The notes beneath the pieces were generated by a model. That model saw only the letters and a program-made list of their open reading frames with translations. It made no database searches and was not told where the DNA came from. Positions 18,404 to 25,736 of a stretch of 64,000 nt of DNA are shown one piece after another. Position numbers and translations under genes: made by a program. This DNA comes from an uncultured Haloferula sp. (GTDB lineage Bacteria; Verrucomicrobiota; Verrucomicrobiia; Verrucomicrobiales; Akkermansiaceae): positions 1 to 64,000 of the forward strand of contig CBFGTS010000016.1 of NCBI GenBank assembly GCA_965652295.1, given 5' to 3'. Each line of letters begins with the position of its first letter. Positions within the stretch are counted from its first letter, which is position 1.

Positions 18404-19464
18404 TTTGCGCCGAGATCCTTCAAGGCTTGCTCCGCTGCATAGGAATAAGCGCCTTTTGTCTTCTCCGCCGCTTCGCTGAAACGGGAGTCCACGTAGTCAT
18501 CGAAGCTCGCGGTGCCGTCGAGAATTCCCGATTGAATGCCGAGTTTCTCGATCTCTTCGAAATTCGCCCGCTGGAGCGAGAGATTGTTGTAGGTGACTCG
18601 GTCCGGAGGTTTGCTGAGGACGAACTCCAACAGCCGCGGATCCTGGTTGTAGTATCGCTTGGATACGAATTGCGCCGCTGCCATCCGGTTGTCCATCCCG
18701 TCCTCAAGCCACATGCCGCTGCTGGCGATGCCATCGACCAGCTTCTGGACGCGTGCCGGATGATCGCGGATCTCGTCTTCATGCACTGCCAGCACGCAGG
18801 AGATGAAATTCGGCCAGATGTCCTTGGTCAGGTAAAGCACACGGCCGTAGCCGTCGAGTTCGCACTGGCCCATGAAGGGTTCGCCGCTGGTCACGGCGTC
18901 TACCGATTTCGAGTAGAGCGCGGCCGGCATGTCGGGCGGCGGCATTTCCAGGAGATTGACCTCGTCGATGCTCATTCCCGCGTTGTTGAGGGCTCGGAAG
19001 ATAAGGAGCCGCTGATTCGAGTAGCGGTTCGGCACCGCCACCGTCTTGCCGCGCAGGTCGGAGATGCTGCGGATGCCGGAATCCTTGTGGACCATCAAGG
19101 CGGTGCCATCGCGGTGGCCGAGGTAAACGATTTTGATCGGGATCCCTTGTTCCCGGAGGGCGATGGCCATCGGTGCCAGAATGAAAGTCGCCTTGGTGTG
19201 GCCGGAAAGAAAGGCCTCCTTGAGTTCCGGCCAGCCGCTGAACTTGAGCGGATCGAACAACCCGTCGCCTTCCATTTCCTGGTTGATGAAATTCGTGACC
19301 GGGCAGGTGAGGTGACACGTCACTGGCAGGAAGCCGATCCTCATCTTCTTGTCTTCCTCCTTCTGAAACCACTTGGAAGGCTCCATGTTCAGGATCACGT
19401 GAGCGGCGGAAATCGTCGCCACCCAAGTGAAGGAGGCGACCACGAGAGTCTGGCGGAGAGTCAT
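18400..19464 (-). CDS. NrtA/CmpA/SsuA-family substrate-binding protein
   Basis: RIGFLPVTCH, ILAPMAIAL, DLRGKTVAVP, MPPPDMPAAL, GEPF; N-terminal anchor; overlaps the permease start. Confidence 0.88.
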   Translation of the reverse strand: MTLRQTLVVASFTWVATISAAHVILNMEPSKWFQKEEDKKMRIGFLPVTCHLTCPVTNFINQEMEGDGLFDPLKFSGWPELKEAFLSGHTKATFILAPMAIALREQGIPIKIVYLGHRDGTALMVHKDSGIRSISDLRGKTVAVPNRYSNQRLLIFRALNNAGMSIDEVNLLEMPPPDMPAALYSKSVDAVTSGEPFMGQCELDGYGRVLYLTKDIWPNFISCVLAVHEDEIRDHPARVQKLVDGIASSGMWLEDGMDNRMAAAQFVSKRYYNQDPRLLEFVLSKPPDRVTYNNLSLQRANFEEIEKLGIQSGILDGTASFDDYVDSRFSEAAEKTKGAYSYAAEQALKDLGAK

Positions 19465-19902
19465 GAAATCACTGGGAGCCCGGAGATGTTGACGAGCCTG
19501 CCGAGCGCTCTCAAATTCCTATCGGAACGCGACAGGTAACGGAAATTGTTTTTTGGCATGATTTGTATGCCGAGGGGGCATGGGGTGGATTCAGGTGCCG
19601 TCCGTCAGGAGACCGCCTCGGAACCTTCTGGTTTGTCCATTCGCCGCGGCCACCGCCCCTAATGGAAAGTCCCGCGTCAAGTGGGCCAGGTTCGGGGTGC
19701 TCGTCCAAGAAACCCGAGTTGAAGGCCCGCAAGGATCAATCCATTCACCAAGGAAGCGGTGATGTTCATGGCCAAGCCCGCCACGACGGTGGTGAAAGCC
19801 CGTCCCCTGAAGAAGCTCAACCATGGAAAGCTCGCACAACCCACAATAAGCCTGCACCTGGCCACCGTTACTTCAAGCCGATTAGGACTAGATTCAATCT
19901 GC

Positions 19903-19983
19903 TCAGCCCAGCAACAGACGGCAAATCAGAAGGATGATGGCAAGCTGGAGGAAAAATTGGACGACGAGGTGGAGGTTGTTCAT
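19903..19983 (-). pseudogene. N-terminal remnant of a cation:proton antiporter (CPA2/Kef-like)
   Basis: Translates as MNNLHLVVQFFLQLAIILLICRLLLG*, resembling the first helix of halogenase-cluster antiporters; too short for the ORF track. Confidence 0.55.
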
Positions 19984-20073
19984 CGGCGGAAAGCCAAGTT
20001 AGCGGGTCGTGGGGAGTAGAGTGTCGCTATCGAAACCATACCGACTCGCTATGGATCCGGCTCGTCGTATGCG

Positions 20074-21633
20074 TCAGCTTTCAACGGAAGGAGCGATCCG
20101 GACGGAGGGCTGGCCATCTTCCTCGTCGCGGGAGAACCAGGTATAGAAGCCTTCTTTCAATTCGAGTTTCGCCCACTCGCCGAGCATGCCGAAGAGACGG
20201 AGCATGTCCTTTCGCTCCAACGTGAAGCCGGGGATCAGGCAGCGGTTGCCCTTGTTCGTGAGTCCGAGCAGGCCGTGCTTGCGGCGGCGCTTGGCGATCG
20301 CGGCGAAGCGGCGGTTGTAGCAGCTCATCAGGGCCGAGAAAATCCTGCCGCTCGGCGGGGAGAAGGGCGGCATGGTCAGCGCCTCGATGCCGTCCTGGAA
20401 CGGCGGCACGACCACGCCCCAGTAGTAGAGGCTGAGGTCCAGGCGGAAGGCCAAGCTCATCAGGTCGAACTCCGCCATGTAGTGATACTTGTCCTTGTAC
20501 ACCGACTCGAACCAGCGGCGGTGGCAGATCGAGAAGTCGTGGTTGTGCTTTTCGATGAGCGGCGGCATCGCTTCGCCACGACGCTGTTGCGTGATCAGGT
20601 TCGCCGCGCTGGTGGTGGTGAAGGAAATCCAGTCCATGCCCGGGCTGTAGAAAGGATCCATGAAAGCCGCAGCATCGCCGACCAACACGAAGCCGTCGCC
20701 CGAAAAGGTGGTACTGTAGTAGGCGAGGCCGCGCCGCCAGTGGACATCCTCCTCGTCGTATTCCGCGTCGATCAGGATCTCACGGGCGACCGGATGCTCC
20801 ATCAGGAAGTTCTTCAGCCGGTCGCCCACCTTGCCGCCTTCCGGCCAATCGGCGATGCGCTGGTCGAACACGACACCGACGCTGGTGTCGCCGCCCTTGA
20901 GCGGGATCCACCAGCTCCACCAACCGTCGCCAATGATGTGATTGGTGGCGGTGCCTCGGATCCCGTGGATCACATTCGCCCACTCGGGATACTTTTGGGA
21001 AAGCTCGAGGCCGTCCCAGTCCTTCAGCCCCCGCCAGCGCGACCACGCAGCGGCGGTCGGGTGCTCGGTGTTGCGGACCCACCAGCCTTTCTTGCGGGCA
21101 AGCAGGGCAGCGACGCCCGAGGCATCGACGACCCAGCGCGCCTTCACGGTGTGGACGGCGTCGTGGTATTTCAGTTCTACAACCTGCTGGCCGCCGGCGA
21201 CGAGCGTGACGTTCTTGATCGTGGCGGGCCGCAGGATCCGGGCACCGGCGAGACCGGCGCGGCGCAGAACTTCCTCATCGAAGGTCGAGCGGTCGAGCTG
21301 ATACGAGGGAAGGCGTACTTGATACTTCGCGCCCAGCTCGCTCGCTTGGGAAAGGTTCTCCACTTCGTCGTTGCGGAACCAGAAGCGCAGGCCCTGCTTG
21401 GCGATATGGTTCTCGTTGAGGTAGCGGGTCAGCCCGAGCACGCGGCCCATGAAGTAGGCGCTGACTTCCACGGTGGCTTCGCCGACGCGGCGTGTGAGCG
21501 TTTCCGTGCGCTCGATGATCAGCAGCCGCAGGCCGGGATCTTGGCGCATCAACAGCGTCGCGGTGGCGGCACCAGAAAGCGCGCCGCCGAGCACGATGAC
21601 GTCGTATTCCTCGTCGAGGGCGGGGGAGTTCAT
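20074..21633 (-). CDS. Flavin-dependent halogenase-like oxidoreductase
   Basis: YDVIVLGGALSG, RRVGEAT, YQLDRSTFD, WSWWIP (WxWxIP), GDAAAFMDPFYSPG; ATG 21633 overlaps the upstream stop (ATGA). Confidence 0.88.
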   Translation of the reverse strand: MNSPALDEEYDVIVLGGALSGAATATLLMRQDPGLRLLIIERTETLTRRVGEATVEVSAYFMGRVLGLTRYLNENHIAKQGLRFWFRNDEVENLSQASELGAKYQVRLPSYQLDRSTFDEEVLRRAGLAGARILRPATIKNVTLVAGGQQVVELKYHDAVHTVKARWVVDASGVAALLARKKGWWVRNTEHPTAAAWSRWRGLKDWDGLELSQKYPEWANVIHGIRGTATNHIIGDGWWSWWIPLKGGDTSVGVVFDQRIADWPEGGKVGDRLKNFLMEHPVAREILIDAEYDEEDVHWRRGLAYYSTTFSGDGFVLVGDAAAFMDPFYSPGMDWISFTTTSAANLITQQRRGEAMPPLIEKHNHDFSICHRRWFESVYKDKYHYMAEFDLMSLAFRLDLSLYYWGVVVPPFQDGIEALTMPPFSPPSGRIFSALMSCYNRRFAAIAKRRRKHGLLGLTNKGNRCLIPGFTLERKDMLRLFGMLGEWAKLELKEGFYTWFSRDEEDGQPSVRIAPSVES

Positions 21634-22907
21634 GCGGACTTTTCCAAGGGATCGGACAGGTCGAGACGGGGCGTGAGTGCGAAGCGTTTCTGGATCGCAC
21701 AGACGGTGTAGAAGGCCCAGACGTACAGTCGCAACCGCCAGCCGAGATTCGTGTTGCCGGCGACCAGATTGTTGACCGCCCGTTCCATTCCCTTCGGTGG
21801 GTTCTTGTCCATGAAGACCTCGAAGGCGTGGTTGTCGTAAAACATCTTGATCATGTTCAAGAAGACCCGGCACATCTTGCCGACATGCTTGGTATAACGT
21901 TTCTGCGCGCGGGGCGAGAGCGCGGTGCCGGCCTTGTCCGCGGCGACGATCTCTTTTGCGGCGGCATGGCCGGAGCGGATGGCGAGCATGACGCCGGAGG
22001 AAAAGATCGGATCGATGAAGCCGGCCGCGTCGCCGATCAACAGCCAGCGGGGGCCGGCGTTCTGGAGATGGCGGTAAGTGTAATCGCCGGCGAACGAGAA
22101 CTCGCTCGCACGCTCGGCGTTCGCCATCCGACGCTGCAGTTCGCTGGTGGTGGCGACGACGTGATCGAAGCATTCGCCGGGCGTCATGCCGCTTGCTTTG
22201 AAATGCTCCAGCGTTTGGACGAGGCCGATGGAGGTCTTTTCCGCATCGAGCGGGATCATCCAGAACCAGCCAAAACCAAGCCTCACGATGGTGATGTGCC
22301 CCTGGTCCGGTGCATCGTTCCGCAGCACGCCCCGGAAGTGGCCGAAGGTAGCGAACTTCTTCGGCAATCCGAGGTCGGACTTCGGCAGTTGCATCTGGTT
22401 GCCGAGGAAGGCATCGCGCCCGCTGGCATCGAGGATCCAGCGGGCTGAAATTCCGCAAGCAACGCCTTCTTTCTCGCAGGTGACTGTCACGCCATTCCCG
22501 GTGACAGTGGCGGTCTTCACCTTCGATTCCTGCCAGATCTCGCAGCCGAGCGATGCGGCGTGCTCCAGCAGTAGGTTGTCGAATCGCGCGCGCTCCACTT
22601 GGAAAGTCTGCGCGTAGCCTTTCTTGAGATAGCGGCCAAACAGGATGCGGATAGAGCCCTTCGAATTCCCCAGCACGAACTCTGCGCCGAGCTTCTCCAT
22701 GAAGCCGGTCGTCATCATCTTGTCCCATGCTCCGATCTCCCGCAGTACGTCGTTGCCGTAAGGAATGAGCGACTCCCCGACGTGAAAGCGGGGGAATCTC
22801 TCGCGTTCCAGGATTAGCACCTTTTTTCCTGCCATGGCCAGGACGCTGCCCGCGGTGCTGCCGCCGGGGCCGCCGCCGATGATGATCGCGTCGTAATCGT
22901 GGTGCAT
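21630..22907 (-). CDS. Flavin-dependent halogenase-like oxidoreductase (carrier-protein/PltA-like type)
   Basis: GGGPGGS, FPRFHVGESL, K in MEKLGA, QVERARFD, GWFWMIP, GDAAGFIDPIFSSGV. Confidence 0.9.
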   Translation of the reverse strand: MHHDYDAIIIGGGPGGSTAGSVLAMAGKKVLILERERFPRFHVGESLIPYGNDVLREIGAWDKMMTTGFMEKLGAEFVLGNSKGSIRILFGRYLKKGYAQTFQVERARFDNLLLEHAASLGCEIWQESKVKTATVTGNGVTVTCEKEGVACGISARWILDASGRDAFLGNQMQLPKSDLGLPKKFATFGHFRGVLRNDAPDQGHITIVRLGFGWFWMIPLDAEKTSIGLVQTLEHFKASGMTPGECFDHVVATTSELQRRMANAERASEFSFAGDYTYRHLQNAGPRWLLIGDAAGFIDPIFSSGVMLAIRSGHAAAKEIVAADKAGTALSPRAQKRYTKHVGKMCRVFLNMIKMFYDNHAFEVFMDKNPPKGMERAVNNLVAGNTNLGWRLRLYVWAFYTVCAIQKRFALTPRLDLSDPLEKSA

Positions 22908-22953
22908 AGTCGCGCTCGGGGGCGACCGTATCGGGCTACGCGGGACAGGGGAA

Positions 22954-23040
22954 ACCTTCTTTCCTGCCATGACGAGGGCGCTGTCCGCAGTGCTGCCGCC
23001 GGGGCCGCCGCCGATGATGATCGCGTCGTAATCGTGGTGC
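22954..23040 (-). repeat. 87-bp direct duplicate of the 5' end of the 21630-22907 gene (copy of 22819-22905)
   Basis: 81/87 identical by manual alignment, offset 135 bp (in frame); the position of the ATG reads GCG. Confidence 0.92.
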
Positions 23041-23471
23041 GCAGTCCCTCGATCGGAGTGATCCGGCGTCGGGGAAAGTACCACGCTGAATTTCCCGCGG
23101 CAACTCTTCGAGTATCTGGGCATCACCCGCAAGCGCTTCTCCAACTGGACACGCACTACTCCGACCTCCCGCGGCCCACCGGCTTCTATTGCGCCGACGA
23201 TTTCGCCGATGCCAGCCTGCCGCGTGCCCTGATGCGCCGGGACATGGTCTTCCCGCGCCAGACGAACGGCGAGCCGGACATCCACCCGTGGCACGCCTTC
23301 CACATCGAGAACAAGAAATTCATCGAGATTCTCAAGATCGTCGCCCGCGAGGAAGGCGTGGAAGTCACCGACGGGAAGGTTATCGAAAACGACAACGGGC
23401 CGCAGGGCATCGCCGCCGTGCATTTAGAAGACGGCCGCCGTCTGGAAGCCGATCGGTTCGTCGACTGTAGC
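23031..23471 (+). pseudogene. Tryptophan halogenase-family remnant (frameshifted, internally deleted, truncated at both ends)
   Basis: IVVRSPSIGVI [frameshift] GVGESTTLNFPRQLFEYLGI, then in the other frame HAFHIENKKF...LEDGRRLEADRFVDCS; no GxGxxG start and no C-terminal half. Confidence 0.8.
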
Positions 23472-23546
23472 GACAGCGCGCCGGAGAATCGCGCTTTACC
23501 CCATTGACCTCCGGCGCTGCCGGTGTTGAGTCGTGGGCTGCTTTCT

Positions 23547-24596
23547 ATGTTCCTGCTTTTCGCGTACGTTCTCCTCGCCCTCGGCGTCTCGTTCCTCTGT
23601 TCCCTGCTTGAGGCGACTCTTTTGACGGTCAGCGCTCCATCCATTGAGACCGCCAAACAGCGGGGGGCGAAGTGGGCGGTGACGATGGAGCGTCTGAAGG
23701 CGGACATCGACCGGCCGCTTTCCGCCATCCTCACGCTGAACACCTTCGCCCATACGATGGGGGCGGCGGGGGCAGGCGCCCAGTATGCCAAGTTGTATGG
23801 AGATGCAACGGGGGGCATTTTCGCGGGGATCCTGACTCTGGCGATTCTGGTGTTCACCGAGATCATTCCCAAGACGCTCGGCGCGAGGTATTCCGCCTTC
23901 TTCGCTGCCCCCACCGCCTGGGTGTTGCCGTGGCTGGAGAGACTTCTCGGGCCCTTGGTTTGGATTTGCCGGCAGGTGACGCGGCTGATCACGTTCGGGA
24001 AGGCCAATGTCGGGCCCGTGCATCGCGAGGAACTCATCGCGGTGGCGAACCTCGGCGAGCGGCTCGGGGAGATCGGCAAGCACGAGAGCGCGGTGGTGCG
24101 GAACATCCTGCAGCTCTCGCAGGTCCGCGTGACGCAAATCATGACGCCTCGCCCGGTCATGTTCACGCTGCCGCGCGACATCAGCTTCGTGGAGTTTTCC
24201 AAGCGGATCGCGGACCAGCCGTATTCACGCATCCCGGTCTTCGGCGAAAACCGTGACGAAATCGTGGGTTTCGTGCTGAAATCCGACGGACTGCTGCGCT
24301 GCCTCCACACACCGGACGGAAAGCTGGAGGAAATCATGCTGCCGATCGCCGCGACGCCGGATCAGATCGGAGTCGATCACCTCTTCGAGCGGATGCTGCG
24401 GGAGGGTCGGCACATGCTGATGGTGCACGACGAGTTCGGCGCGATCGTCGGCTTGGTGACCTTGGAGGACGTGCTGGAAACGGTGATCGGTTTGGAGATC
24501 CTCGATGAGACCGACCGTGAGGCCGACTTGCGGAAGGTGGCGCGCGACAAATGGCGGAGCCAGCTTTCCCGCATGGTGCAACCCGCGGAGTCGTAA
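23547..24596 (+). CDS. CNNM (DUF21) + CBS domain protein (CorC/HlyC family)
   Basis: SFLCSLLEATLL, ILTLNTFAHTMGA, EIIPKTLG, IMTPR, YSRIPVF, DEFGAIVGLVTLEDVLE..G.EI.DE.D. Confidence 0.92.
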   Translation: MFLLFAYVLLALGVSFLCSLLEATLLTVSAPSIETAKQRGAKWAVTMERLKADIDRPLSAILTLNTFAHTMGAAGAGAQYAKLYGDATGGIFAGILTLAILVFTEIIPKTLGARYSAFFAAPTAWVLPWLERLLGPLVWICRQVTRLITFGKANVGPVHREELIAVANLGERLGEIGKHESAVVRNILQLSQVRVTQIMTPRPVMFTLPRDISFVEFSKRIADQPYSRIPVFGENRDEIVGFVLKSDGLLRCLHTPDGKLEEIMLPIAATPDQIGVDHLFERMLREGRHMLMVHDEFGAIVGLVTLEDVLETVIGLEILDETDREADLRKVARDKWRSQLSRMVQPAES

Positions 24597-24682
24597 GGGA
24601 TGATTAGACTCATGGCGCCGAGCCGATACCCGGTCCCGGCTCGGAGAGTTGACGGATTCTGGAAATCTGGGAATATGGGAGC

Positions 24683-24964
24683 ATGAAGACGACCTTGGAA
24701 ATCGATGACGCTCTCTACCGCGAGGTGAAGGCCCTGAGCGCATTGACCGGAAGGAAAATGAAGGATCTGGTTTCAGACGGTCTGAGACACGTTCTGAATC
24801 CGACGGCTGTGCCGGAAGTTTCGGGAAAAAACAGCGACACTGCGGCGCTGGCGGAGCTGCGGCAGTGGTTCAAGACGGCCGACAAGGCGATGAAAAACGC
24901 ACCATCCGGGCCGGGTGTCCGGGAACTCTTGGAGTCCGATCGCCGTCGTCTTGAGTCGCCATGA
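24683..24964 (+). CDS. Type II antitoxin, VapB-like (RHH)
   Basis: MKTTLEIDDALYREVK N-terminus; overlaps the PIN gene by ATGA. Confidence 0.82.
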   Translation: MKTTLEIDDALYREVKALSALTGRKMKDLVSDGLRHVLNPTAVPEVSGKNSDTAALAELRQWFKTADKAMKNAPSGPGVRELLESDRRRLESP

Positions 24965-25383
24965 AACCCGTGGTGCTTGATGCCAGCGTCATCATCGCAG
25001 CTGCCGAGCCGACGGATGCTTTTCATGCGGAAAGCCGGAGATTTCTGGAGATCGCGATAGGCCGGGGTGTGCCGGTGCATGTTCCCGCGTTCGGGTTGAC
25101 CGAGATCGCCTGTGCCTTGTCCCGTCGGCTTCGGGACCCGGGCATGGCCAGGAATTTGGCGATCCGGGGGCTTTCCGCCGTTCGGGCGGTCGAAGTGCCG
25201 GTGGATGCCGCCTTCCTCGCCCATGCGACTTTAAGCGGCACCCGCGACTTTCTCCGGGGCGCGGATGCTCTCTACGCGGCCGCTGCTGAGATCATCGCTG
25301 GGGACTTGGTGTCGTGGGACGACGAGCATCGATCGAGAGCGGGAGCGCTCACGCCGACGGAATGGATCGATGCAAATCCGTGA
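24961..25383 (+). CDS. PIN-domain toxin, VapC-like
   Basis: VLDASVIIAA, TEIACAL, LRGADALYAAAA, LVSWD acidic PIN residues. Confidence 0.88.
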   Translation: MKPVVLDASVIIAAAEPTDAFHAESRRFLEIAIGRGVPVHVPAFGLTEIACALSRRLRDPGMARNLAIRGLSAVRAVEVPVDAAFLAHATLSGTRDFLRGADALYAAAAEIIAGDLVSWDDEHRSRAGALTPTEWIDANP

Positions 25384-25736
25384 GGGCAGGGAGTTTGCTG
25401 CCTCGCGGTTTCGAGTTTCTGCAAGGCTCTCGATCCAAGAGACGAGAGTTCAAGAGGGGGGGCAGTGCCGAATTCCTATTCGGCGCTCCAGTTCGCGGAG
25501 AGTGTCATTTTGTTAGCTTTTGCGAAGCGTTTGCCGACAGGGTCTAAACGACCATGACAGGCATCGCCTCCTTCGGATTCGCCGTCCGGACGGGCGCTTG
25601 ATGACTCCGCCGCTACGATCCGGCAGCCCGTCCGAAGCGATTCCGCCATCGCGGGCCCGCCCATGCCAAATTCCGAGACTGACATGGAAGTGTCCACGGA
25701 GCAGCATATAGCCGCCCTGAACCCTTCATTCCTCCG

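Noticed and set aside
19690..19760. GGGGTGCTC..., TPP-riboswitch-like start
   Set aside because: Lacks the CTGAGA and GAACCTGA cores, and is on the strand opposite the ABC operon
20074..22728. 884-aa ORF suggesting a large fusion protein
   Set aside because: The N-terminal ~365 aa are an alternative frame over the upstream halogenase; the real gene starts at ATG 21633 with an ATGA overlap
21630..23423. 597-aa ORF with two FAD-binding motifs
   Set aside because: The extension is the degenerate duplicate plus the antisense of the Trp-halogenase remnant; the likely start is ATG 22907
23478..23517. 9-bp inverted repeat GCGCCGGAG/CTCCGGCGC at the pseudogene's right end
   Set aside because: Short and GC-rich, plausible by chance; no target-site duplication seen
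25520..25570. AGGGTCTAA...ATGACAG resembling the 3' half of a c-di-GMP-I riboswitch
   Set aside because: No upstream GGCAAA/GAAA-tetraloop stem on the same strand, so the aptamer is incomplete
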